The notes under the pieces are model-generated. The model ran no database searches, was not told where the DNA came from, and saw nothing but the letters and a program-made list of their open reading frames with translations. Made by a program: the position numbers and the translations under genes. This document shows positions 23,601 through 36,700 of a DNA stretch of 43,501 bases, piece by piece (within the stretch, counting starts at the first letter, position 1; the number at the start of each line of letters is the position of its first letter). This stretch comes from Seison nebaliae (taxonomy: Eukaryota), in NCBI GenBank assembly GCA_023231475.1, contig JALJEE010003029.1, positions 1 through 43,501 of the forward strand. The letters run 5' to 3'.

Positions 23601-26600
23601 TTGAGATTGTAGAATTGGATTTGGAGGGATCTTCACATCGTTTCTTTGGGCAATTCTTTTTTTCTACTTATCAATAGACATGAGAGACCATGGCCAGTTA
23701 GACCGAAAGTTACATTCAAGTAGCATTATTGTGCTACTTCGTTGTGCATGCTGTTCATATATGGTCGAATGCAGTTAACAATTTATTGGTGAAGGAAAAT
23801 TTGCGTGACAGCAAAAAAGTAGGAGGAGAAAGTGTGAAACAATTGTAGTTTACTTCAATTGATTGAAATATTCGACTCAATCAATTCTATCAGATGGATC
23901 ATATTAGTTACAAAGATGAGAAGACAAATCTATATTGGAATCCAATGTAGGATAACCAATAAACGAATATTTAAAAAAATGAATCGCTGGATAGACCTCC
24001 AATAAATACAAATTGTATCGATATCGATGTTTATATACGATATTAATAATATATATCGTTACAAATTCTATATAATTGTTAAAGAGAATTGTGAAAAAAC
24101 ATTTTTATGATAAATACTTTGATTCTTTTCATACGATTCCGATGATGTATTTCATGAGAATATTACATAATCGTTAGGGAATGGGCATTTTATACTTCAC
24201 TATGAGAAAAGTTTCCTTATTTTTATTCTCATTTGGTATCGTCACAATATATGGCATGTCATATATCGAAAATATAATTGTGTAATAGTGATAAAAAGAT
24301 AGAGGACGATTAAGAAAAAATAAAAAATTTTCTCTTTCGATTATTATGATAATACTTATGATAAAATTTCAATTATACTTTAACAAACTTTTAATCTTGA
24401 AACTTATAAGAACAAATTGTTTGAGACATATCGATATGGGATGATTTTTCGACAGAAATTTATTGCAAAAAAATGAAATTTATATCGAATTAAATTGAAA
24501 AAAAAATAGGTTTATCGAAATCAATTATGATGTTAGAAGATAGTTAAGAATTATTTAAAAGTTTAATAAAGAAAGAAAAGAAAAGATGATGCAACAAAAC
24601 GTAAATGAAAATAAACTGTTCCTATATAGAAGTAATTAGATGTCGATTTATTAGTCGTATGTTATAAATGCTAACTGATAATTAATGGAGAAATAATTAT
24701 TATTTTTACATAATATTCCACTTATTTCTCCATTTGAAAACTTCAAACTTCCACGATTTTCGATGGAAAACATTTTCAATTAAAATTTTGACAGTGATGA
24801 ACGTCTTCAATCTTCTCCCTATCACCAATTATCGTGTAGACGAATTGAAACTTGTCCAACTGTTCGCGAGAAGTGATAAGAGCAGCAAATGAAGGAAATA
24901 CTCTCAACTAATTAACGAATGATAAAAGATTTATCGAATTATGTCGAGTATATCAATGATGAAAGAAGAAGAAGAAAAATGATAAAATGGAAAATTCATA
25001 AGAAAAATAGAAAAGAGCGAAACATAAATAATAACATGTCAATAATATTCAAAAAAAAAGGGAACATGTCGGAAATAACAACTCTACCATTATCACCAAC
25101 ACCTGATACCAACAAACCACAACAACAACAACAATAACAAATATCATAAGAAAAAGTAATTCTGACGTAAATGGTCGATTTAGCATCATATAATATTTCT
25201 GTTATTTCTGACGAATTTCTTTATTTTGGTACCGAAACTTTGACGTTTAATTCGGAATGAAGAGTGAATGGTTGTAATCATCCGGTCTTAATGTATATTA
25301 GAAGTTCCATTTTTATAACAGAATTTATAGAATGCTCATCCACATACACGTATACATATTCCGTTTATTGTTTATTTATGGAATAAATAATAATTATTAA
25401 GATGTCATATTTTTTAATTAATAAATTTAATCAATAAGAATAATAATTGGTTATAGTGAATGTAGTGTGTGAAAGGAATTCAAAATTTTAAAAGAAAAGA
25501 AAACTTAAATATTGTATGACAAACGTGGAAAGAACGATATGAGATAAGAAGATTTAGAAAAAAATGGTATGATTGGTTATGATTTGAAAAACTTACTTAC
25601 ATGGGAAGTGAATTGAGAGGAGAAGAAGATTAAAAGATAAAATAAATTCGAATGAGAAATGAATGAAATTGGAGTAGAGATCTGTGAGATGGAACTGATT
25701 ATTTAGTTCAACTGATTTCCCTCCTAATTATTTGTTGATATCTGATAATTACAAGAGAATATCAGTTATATCAGTAGTGATGGATGGGAGGGGATTCTTG
25801 CTTCCGTTTCCTTTCAACGAAAGAAGAAGAGAATTGTGAACAATTTATTTTCGACAACTTCATAAGTCTTCAATTTTATTTCCACCCGATCGATTAGTGA
25901 AGTGAAGTAAAGGAATAATTTAGAGAAAAAATGTGAAGAGGAAAATTGTTTCTCACCGTAAAGTTTTCTTTGAAATGGAAAAATCTCCATTCAGGAAATC
26001 TAACTGATTTCTCAGTTATTCTCCTTATACTTTTAGTCAATTATCGAAGAACAATAAAACTTTGTTAGGAATTTTCGTGTGGAATATTGGAAGAACTTTA
26101 AACGAATTTAGAAGTTTAGAAGTTATACTTGTTGATCGAGAAGAGAAAATGTTTGGAGAAAAACTACAAAACTTTTTGATGATTTCCGTCATTGGGCCGA
26201 TGTGATTAGAAAATGCTTCTTCTTTTCCCTCAAATGTTTATACAAGCCATATCAATGTTAACGATTAGAATGAACTAGAAGTCATAAAAAGTGAAGGAAA
26301 GTGAAGGAAATGCATTTTACAATGTAAAATTTACATTTCGAACGTTGAACAATTTCTTAATTTTGATAATTTTCTAGTTTAATATTAAGAAACTGAAAGA
26401 ATATTAGAATAAATGAACCAAAAGACGAAATGGAACGAAAAGACATTTTTCAATATATATAGAAATAAGAAAATTGACGATAATCATCTGATGAGAATTA
26501 ATGGTAATTGAATGAGAAACAATGAGAAAAATTTTTCCATTAAAAATCTCATTATTCAATTTTATTCACGAAGAAGGTAACATTTACTAGGTATGATGAT

Positions 26601-27637
26601 AATGAGAAAACCATTATTTGTCCATTTACACGGAATCGATGCTGTTACGTTTATTATGTTAGCTAACTATTTTCTCTAATAACATTAAAGAATCTACATG
26701 TCTTCTCCTCCCTAGTCCTGCATTAGTCCTCCTTTTCCAGGAAAAATTGAAGTTCGAATCTATCGAAAGATTTCACTTTAAAAGATGTTTTATGTTTATC
26801 CGAACATTCCCAATCTAAAAGAAGCTTCTACAGTACAAACTGTTGCATTTAATTTTGGAAATGTTCATCAGTGATCTTCTTGTTCTGTTCTTTTTGGAAA
26901 CGAAAGATCAGAAGATGATGACTGTATATAAGATTGAAGATTTTACGAAAATATAATATACGATATTATAATGATAATGATATGATATGAAGTTTAAATA
27001 ATATAAACCATATAAATATTATGGCAGAATGGGGAGGAAGGGCGAGAACGTACCTATAACAACATTAAGATATATCGTTGTCATTCGTCTAAAAGGAACG
27101 ATTACTGTCAATTAAATTCCATCACAATTCACTTCAAATCAATTACTTCATATTATCATATTTATATATTGATCATGTTAAGGATTGATGTCTAAATGAA
27201 ATTTCAAGTATTTTATAAGAGAATATGATGAAAGAATGAGGGAAAGTCTTGAAACGAATTGAAATCAAATTAAATCGATCAATATTCTAATCAAACATGT
27301 AATTTCTTCATCATCAAGTTCATCAGGGATGATGAAAGATAATAAATTTAAAATTTTCAATCGATAAATGTTAAGTAGTCGTATGGGAGAGTCGTAATAG
27401 TAGAAGAATCCTTGACTTATCAATTAGATATTAATCTCATATTTGTTGGCGTTAGGAGGATGAATTATCATCATTTACCATTCGAAAACTTTCGGAATTT
27501 CCATTTTCAATTACAACCAACACACATTAGTTGAACATAGTGGAATAATAAATAAAATTTGAATTTTAAGCTTTTAGAAAAAATTGAAAATTTATCAGAT
27601 TTTTTTCCATAATCATTTATCATTTGAAGAGGAAACA

Positions 27638-30600
27638 ATGGGAGAGATGGATGATCTGTCCGCTAAGATTGATCAGATTGTGGGTTGTCATGCACCAATC
27701 ATGGATTATTATTTTTCCGAGGTTTCACTTATTCATTTCTCTTTCCATCATCTCAATTATTTAATTCTCATTCATTCCGATAAAGATTGACACATTGAGA
27801 CAAGGTTTTCTTAACGCATTCGACGTTTCCAATTTCTTAAAACGATCCAAATTACCGAACGATACACTTCGTGAAATTTGGGATTTAGCCGATTCGTCGG
27901 GTAAAGGATATTTGGATCGATTGTCTTTTTATATTCTGTGCAAATATGTTGCACTCGCTCAACATTCTCTCATGTTGAATAAGGAGAATTTGTTGAAAGA
28001 TATCCAACAACCATCAATTGGTGATGTGCCATTAACAGTACCAATATTTGAAGAATGTTGCGATTGGTATATTTTTGTTAGAATTTTCTTTTTCTCTCCT
28101 TCTCATATTTTTATTGTTTTTAGCCATCATTAAGAATTCGTTGTGATGATATGTTTGATCGATTAATGCCGATTAATGGGAAATTATTGGGAGACAAAGT
28201 GAAACCGTTATTGATGAAATCATCACTTCCTCTCCAATTATTAGGACGAATTTGGGAATTGAGCGATATCGATACCGATGGCTCATTGACCAGAGATGAA
28301 TTCTCAATTGTTTTATTTTCATTCTCTTTTTATATTTCTCTATTCTATATCATCCATTTTAGGCTGTATTTCTTGTAGAAAAAGCGAAAAGAAATATAAA
28401 AATTCCCGATTCATTACCCCAATGTCTTCTTCCACCACAACAACGACGATTGTCCTTGAATCATGGCGTCATGCCAGAATTCATTCCAGGATCAGCGAAA
28501 TTATTAAATAATCGAAAATTGTCACTCGATTCCAAATCATCATCTGTCGATTGGGTCGTTACATCAGAAGAGAAATTGAAATGTGATAAAATTTTTGCAC
28601 AACTCGATTTAGATCGTGATGGTTTCATTTCAGGAATCGAATGTAAAGATGTTCTCTTTTAAATTATGTCATTTTATAAAATTCCTTTTCAGATTTTAAT
28701 GAATACGAAAGCATCAAAATTACAATTAGCAACTATTTGGTCATTGTGCGATTGGAATTCAATTGGGAAATTATCTGCTGAACAATTCGCTCTTGCCATT
28801 CATATGGCACGTAAATGTGTCGTTGAGGATTGGGAGATTCCTGAAGAATTACCACAGGAAATGATTCCTCCTTCCAAACGGAATACAAATCAAATCGATC
28901 AACATTCCATTTTGGTAAATCATCAAAAATCTCATGAATTAATAGATTTGGAGAATTCTGTTATCTCATTAAAACAGTTTAAATATTATTTTTCTAAATT
29001 ATAAATTTGTTCACATAATTTCATAAAGAGAAAAAAGTTCGCTTGAAAGTGAAGTGAATGATCAAACGGGAAAATTAGGAAAAATTCGAACGGAACATAT
29101 TCAAATAGAAGATGCTCTCGAACGTTCTCTTCGATCTTTACATGACACTGAAGACGAGAAGACTAATTCTTCTACAAAAATTGACGAAACTCATCAGAAA
29201 GTTAATTTGAATTATTCAATTGATTTATTTATGAGATTTTTAAAGAAAATTTATTTGGGTAAATGTTGTGATGAGAATGAGGGAGAGATGGAGAAGATTC
29301 ATAAAGAGATCGAAATGTTAAAGAAAGAATTAGAAGAATTAATGTTATCAGATCAAGTTTCATTCATAAAAATCTTTCTCATTTTTCTCATGAGAAAATG
29401 TTTCTTTTAAGAAAAAACAAAAAGAATTAGCTACAATTAAAGTGAGAATGCAAGAAGAACGACAACAACAATTACAATTGAGTCAAACGATTAAAAGAAA
29501 AAGTGGAATCCATTCACAATTATCACAACAACAAACGGATTTGGAGTGTCAAACGAGTAAAACGGCTGATGGAATTCAAACGATGATATCGTTAAAGAAG
29601 GAATTGAAAGAGATTGGTGATTGTTATAATGAAATCGAATCGTTCATTAAGGAGACGAAAGAAGAGAAATTAAAGGATAATAAGAATCTCTATAATTCTT
29701 TGAAAGATTTGAAAAGACTTGACGAGAATGTTCAAAATTCTCATCGACGATTAATTGTTAGTGAATTTCATTCACTAATTCTTCTAATAATTGTTTGAAG
29801 GAATTGAAAGGTTTCGATGAGAGAATGATTGATATGAATTTCTTAGTGGGAATGAAAATTTTTCCTTCATCTCCATCATTATCATTCGACTACATTCGAC
29901 ACCAACAACAACAACAATCGAAGGAAATAACGAGAATAATGAAAGAAGAAGAAGATCGTATAGAAAATAAGAAACAACCACCAACTCGTCCACCAAATCC
30001 GAGATCGACTACACCGGCACCTGAACGACCACCACCAGTAGCTGTTGCGCCTGTCACTAATTTCTTAAATAATCCAATTGAGAATGAAATTAAACCGACT
30101 GAAATTTTATTCGATCCATTTCTAAATTTAAGTTAATCTTTTTTATTTATTCGTTTTTTGGGAGATGATTTTATTTTTTCTTTTAAATTTTCAGATACGG
30201 ATCCTTTAACTACTCATCGGACAAATGAAAGGAATAAGGTGGTGAATGATCCGTTCACTATTATCGATGTTGAAGATGAATCGACAAGAAGAAAAGAGAA
30301 TAAAATCCAAACGGATTCCATATCACCGTTTGATGTTAAAGGTGTTACTGAAAAGAAAGTGGAAGAAAGAAATAATTTGGTAGAATTCGATCCATTCGCT
30401 AATGGATCGAATTGTAATGGGAGTAAAGAGAATAAAGTAGAGGAGGAGTCGGATAATCCGTTTCGTGTGGAGAGTAATTCAAATGGAATAGATAAGAAAT
30501 TAATGGTGTCAGACTTCCACAATGCTTTCATGCCAACTAACGATGGAGCGACATGTTCCGCTCCTAATATTGATCCGTTCCAATCTCAAACGACATCAAC

Positions 30601-30706
30601 ATCAACAAGCAATAATATTGAAAAGACGAATAATGATTTGTTCGATTGGCAAATTGTGAATGAAACGAATGGAGATGATAGATCTGCTGCATTTGACATG
30701 CGATAA
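27638..30706 (+). CDS. EPS15: Eps15/Eps15R endocytic adaptor, 10 exons (introns 27722-27785, 28077-28123, 28310-28362, 28651-28692, 28977-29028, 29201-29245, 29357-29411, 29757-29800, 30132-30194)
   Basis: Three EH domains (LREIWDLAD; LGRIWELSDIDTDGSLTRDEFSI|AVFLV; LATIWSLCD...EQFALAIHM), a central coiled coil, a Pro-rich PPTRPP/PERPPP segment and a DPF/NPF-repeat tail. The intron at 29201-29245 is in frame and stop-free, so it is the least certain. Confidence 0.93.
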
Positions 30707-30737
30707 AAATTATTATTATTTCTCATACAACATCTTT

Positions 30738-30760
30738 TATATATATATATATATATATAT
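30738..30760. repeat. (TA)n microsatellite just 3' of the Eps15 stop codon
   Basis: TATATATATATATATATATATAT run read directly from the sequence. Confidence 0.9.
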
Positions 30761-31479
30761 GCCACAAGAATTATTTATATATTTCCTTTTTTTATCATTA
30801 TTATATTCAATTTTAATTCAATTATTTATGTAGATCAAACAGTTTATTCCGATCGATATCGACCAATTTTGTCCTTTTTCGTCCTTCCTCGTCATTTCTC
30901 AACATATTGTTTCTTCTTTTCAATCGTGCTTTTAATATATATCTAATAACTAATTTTATTATTCTTCTTTCTCTACTCTCTAATTGGAAAGATTCATTTT
31001 CCTTCCACTCCAAAATTCATTTACTTTTCTCTTCGTTTTTTTCTCACATAAATTCTAAAGTCAAATATTCCTTCTACCTATCTCTCATATTCCAATTCGT
31101 TTATTTAGTGGGCAGAAAATAAGAAAAGAGTTAATGGAACAATTTCCCAAAACTTTTCTTATCTAACTCGTCCAAACTTTCTAAAGAGTCTCACGGATTC
31201 TTTACCGTCGCTAATTTTTTTTAAACGTTTAAATAACAATTATTGTTTTTTGAATTGTGAAAATTTTGATTTTTTCCAATTTTTTCATCGGTTATTGAAA
31301 CTAACGGGAGATAAGAAGTGAAAACCGTGCTAAAGAACGAACCATAAAAAGTAAAGGTGAAGAATGTATGTGAAATGAATGTGTGTGTGTGTTTTTTTTT
31401 AAAGAACAATTAAATTTTCTTAGAGAATTGAGGAGAATAATAATTAATAATAATAATATTTGAATTTTTCAAATTAAAT

Positions 31480-33689
31480 TTATCGAGAATATCTCCCGAT
31501 CAGACGGTCGATATGGTGTATATTGAATAGAGAATAATCGACTCCATTAATATCTCTCTCATATTTAATTTCTTCTTTCATCGTGTAGATGACGGAGGAA
31601 TCGCTCAATTCGAAATAAAACGGATATCCAAATGAAATAATCTTCTCCGATTGTTTTAAGTTAAGTCGTTGATTATTGGCTTGAATGAAAGCGTTGAAAG
31701 ATCGACGAACAATTTGTGGTTCCAATTGTTGAATGATTTGCTAAAAATAATTATAATTTTATTTGATAATTGAGAAGAAAGAGGAGGAGGAAAAAGCCAA
31801 CTTTAAATTTCATCGAATCTTTGATGGATTTTGATTCATTTTCATTTCCATCCAGGAAGAATTGAGTAATTGCAAATTCGGAATTTTTCTTAATATTCTC
31901 ATTTGGATTTCTTCCTCCACTTACTAACACGTTCAAAATGAAGGACATTAATCGATTATAACATGAATCTCCTCTCATTTTTAACAATCGATCATAGGAA
32001 TGAAGTCGAACGATCTCTTCCAATAGTCCATGACCGATCATAATGAATTGGCCGATGATTTTCAGATTATTTGTTTGTTTAAAGATCTGCACGAAAAATG
32101 CATAAAAAAAATTATGAAATACAAAATATAAACTGAGTCCAATTCATCCAAACAATTTTGGAGATGTGAAGGTATTTCGTTGTCGAAAAAGCGTTGTGAA
32201 TCTTCAATGTACCATCTGATTCCATAGAATGTGTACGTGATGATATCGACGACGATTTCAGGTTGATATGATTTTGAATTGATCTCCTTTAACTTCAAAC
32301 TCATATCATCCAAATCGATGTTATTTGAATATTTCTGATAGAATAATAATTTGATATGATTACCAATATTTCCCAATTGTATTTCTTCTAAAATGAAAGA
32401 GAATTTGAAAAAATATGAGAAGTTAAATAGAAACTTCTCTCTAATGGAAATTTGTCTGAATGTTTTCCCGATAAACAACCAGACAAAGCGTTAATGGTGT
32501 TGATGAATTCCGAGTTTTTCTCAAATTTACTCAACAACATCTTCAACTCCTTCACAACATCATCAGATAAATCTTTCATTTGCATCGTAATATATCTCAA
32601 TGAGTAAATGAGAGAATTTCTAAAGAAAAAAATGGAAATTTTAAAAAAAAAATAAATGAGATGGATAAACTTCAGGATAGAATTGGACACTGTATGAATC
32701 ATTTCAATAATTTTAAGCACTTTAATATCAGCTCTCGGTTTCAGTGTAACTAGATGGACCATGATTCGACCAATTAACATAGAATGTTGATGAGATGTTG
32801 ACTCTTTATCGTATTTGATGATTGTCTTATAAATGACTTCGGCGAACATGGAAAGAGCTGAACGAAAACGTCTTCCTATCGTATTGATACATTGCATAAT
32901 TGCAACTTGTAATTTCAAATCATGAACTTCTCCCAACAATCGCGTCAATGTTCCCATTGTCATTGTTTTAAGATCTTTACTGTTTTGTGGTATGATAAGT
33001 CGTAAAACATCTTCCAATAATCGACAACATTCCAATTGAGAAACTTCATCTCCACTCAATAATGATTGTTTGATGGTGGTGAAGATTTGAGCGATACCTT
33101 CATTCCGTAAATTAAATCCGATTAAAGTCGAATAATTTATTGATCTCATATTAGTCACTGTAAATTTTAAGGCTTGTCGCATCATGGTAATGGATGACAT
33201 GATGAAATTGGATGAAAGTGTTTGATTTAATGATGTAATTAAATTTTCGTTTTCTTTCAATAAATAAAATTGAAGATAATCAGATTTCTCTATAATCAAT
33301 CGATTATCAGGAATTGACGTAAGAGATTGATTGAAATATAATTGATATGATTCCTGATAGAATTTTTCTAATATCCATTCAGGTGTTGATCGATTAACCA
33401 TCAAATTAATTAATAAACTATTCGTATCGAATGCCAATAATTTCTTTTTGTATGTGGAAAGAATGAAATCTTTTTGTTCTTCTCTCATCCGATTTTGACT
33501 GATGAATGTTTTATTGAAATTCGTACTCGAATTCTCTAATGCTGTGACAAAAAGATTCTTGAGAACTCCTTGAAAACTGAAATATAATAATGCTTTTTTC
33601 CGATCAGCTCGACGTTCTTTTCCAATTGAATCAAACTCATCGTCATCATCATCCGAATCATCAAAATCGTTGTCACCACCATTATCATT

Positions 33690-33724
<35 letters not shown>

Positions 33725-36700
33725 TATAAAAATCAGAATTATCATCATCATCATCATCATCATCATCTGACCAATTAATATTTCCATCTTCATCTTCATT
33801 ATCATCATCGTCCGATCGATTTCTACCAGATCTAGACTGATTAAATGAGCCGATGGCATTCGCTGTACTAATGATGATATCTTCTCCACATTGAATAATT
33901 TCTTTGACATAATTGAAAATGCGATCAAGATTTTCTTTATATTCATCTGCTAATTCTTCATTTCCATTTGACGTATAATAATTCCAGAAGATGACAGATA
34001 ATGATGAGTTCCATTGGGATTCCATAAAATTTCTGGAGAGATTGAAAATGAAAGGAATTATTTTCGATTGAATATGTGGTGCTAATGCGGCACTATCGAT
34101 CATTACCATTTGTGTAATGAGACGAAGATATTCTATATTTGTATTTGATTCAGATAGAATGGGAAGAATCATTTGAATTAATCCTCGACCTCGAATTTTC
34201 ATCAAATGTTCCAATGCTTTCTGTGCTATCATTTTCTTCTGTTGAGAAATATTATATTGTTGAACGAGGAAGAGAAACATGTCATTCAAATGATGATTAT
34301 CAATTCTCAAATAAACCACCGAACACAATTGAGAAGATGCATCAGATATTGAAGGATTTGAATGAAATAAATTTTCTTTAATTTCATCAATTAGAATTAT
34401 TAATTGTTCCTCATTAATTATCTCTCTCAAATCTACAAACACTTTAGATAATAAAAGTAGACAATTTGTCGTTTGTATAACATCATCTTTTTTCTTTAAA
34501 TAATCAAATAAAGTTCGTATCAAAACATTTCCAGCTCGTTCACCTAATTTTCTGATAATTTCACATAAACCATCAATCGTCAATATAATCTTCTCTTCCA
34601 TTCCTTCTTCATAATTCTCCTCATTAAACAATTTCAATGATTCATCAATCACTAAGGGAAGTATCGATCTTAATGTTAGAGCTCCGTTTGCAACGATCAC
34701 TTTCCAAACATGATTGGCCGAATGACGAACATCATTATTGGAATGAGAACGATTCAAATGAATTAATGTCAAAATTTCACGTAATTTCTCTTCACCCAAA
34801 ATATTTTGAAGACGTTGAAATGCATCGAAATTTCCATATGATTCACCAGTTCCTGTCGTATCTAAATTATCTGACGTTCCCGCTAAATTCGACAACAATT
34901 CTCCCAATAATTGTAATGATCGATATCGAATTCGAGCTGTTATTGACGAAAGATTATTTTGAAGAATTGGTAAGAGAAATTGAACAGAAGTCTCTCGATA
35001 CATTCGAATAATTGTTCGTCCACAACGGAAACAAGTTTCATTAAGAAATTCACATTCCGTCACTAAACCATCAATTACACATTGTATAAATCGATCGATA
35101 TAATCGCGAAGAAAATCGTTGAATTTGTGAATAAGATAAATGAAGAGTGTCATATATCCATCACGTTTGATGAATGAATTTTCCATATTTGTTGCACAAT
35201 CGAAATAATTTTCAAGTGCATTACACAAATGTTTCTCTCCGAGAACTACATAAATTTCGGATAATGCTTCTGCACTTCCACTCCTCTCTACGACATTCTC
35301 ACTAACTAATAATGTGCGGAGATATGGAATAATTTCATCAGTTTCATTTATGTTTAATACTTGAAAGATGGAACCGAGTGCTTTCGATGTAATACTTCGA
35401 ACTGACTGATTGGGAGAGATTAATGCTAATTTCATTCCAGGTAACAATTGTGAGATATATGGCTTCAAATCTTCTTTATCAACTAATAAATTCAAATGAT
35501 AAACGATAATACTTCCTTTCTTCAACATATCCACATTACGATCAGTATAAGCCTTCACTAAAATCGGTGTCAACATCGCCATTGATGCCGAATCGATTCG
35601 ATGTTCCAACTTTAAATTGATCAATTCGTCAATTGTAGCGACCAATGTCTGATTTGAAGTAGTAACGAGACATGTCATCAATTTGGGGAGAATAGTAGCG
35701 ATTTCAGGATTCTTCGACATATTCGCCAAATGTTGAAGTGATTGATGTGCAGCATTCTTCAATTCCTGATGAGAGTGTCGTTGCATTCGAATCAATTTCG
35801 GTATTAATTTAGGAATATATTTATAAACATGAATCGATGAACTTTTTGTCATTCCATTAATGAATTCGATCGCTGCACATTTCGTCCGCCAATAATCATT
35901 ATCCATCGCTTTCTCGATATGATGAATGATTCGTTTAAATGAAGTAATTCCTAAATTGTCAATGATTTGTTCCATAGCCAATTGAGCAATTTCACGAATA
36001 TCATAATTGGGATTTGAGAAGCATTCTAATAGATCCGGAATGATTTTTATTGCAAACGGTTCGAATAATTTCTTCAAAAATTTACTCAACATGAAATAAG
36101 CGAGAATTGTGGACTTCTTCCAAATGTTCTTATATTTTGATGAATCGTCTTTCAAATGAATCTCCAACTTTTCCATAATTCGATATTGACTTAATGATTT
36201 CGTTCCTAAACCGCTACAAACCGCCCCAATACCATAAGCTGCTCCACGTCGAGAACTGTCTGTCGCATTCACTTCATATAAATTGGTGAAGAGATCTTGA
36301 AAGAATAAATCACCATGATTCTTTACTTGAGGAACGAGATCTTTCAAAATCTTCGCAATTACAACCTGTAATTTCAACGACGCCTCACAAAGAAATACGA
36401 GAAGTTGAGCAAATATTTCTTTTAATGATTTGTGATCATGTGGGAGATATTTACCAATAATTCCCATAATAATGATGACATTCATTTTCTCACTTCCTTT
36501 CACCGTTTGGAAGAGTTGATGAATTCGAGGGAACATTTCTTCCACATTCTTCTCACCATATAATTCGATCATTGTGGTGGTGGTAGAGAAGGTTTGTTGT
36601 CTCACTTGTTCATCTTTGTCGAAGATGGAATTATTGATGAAAAATGAAAATAAATCGAGAATAATTTCATTATTCAATTTTTTGAGATTAAATAAATTTT

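Noticed and set aside
13720..25600. Canonical GTAAGT hexamers in the intergenic gap (~13725 -, ~15405 +, ~21135 -, ~25595 -) as donors of long introns
   Set aside because: A few occurrences per strand are expected by chance in 14.6 kb of this composition, and none adjoins a convincing coding exon. RNA data would be needed.
33536..33946. Poly-Met and poly-His ORFs
   Set aside because: They are alternative-frame and antisense translations of the GCN1 (GAT)n tract.
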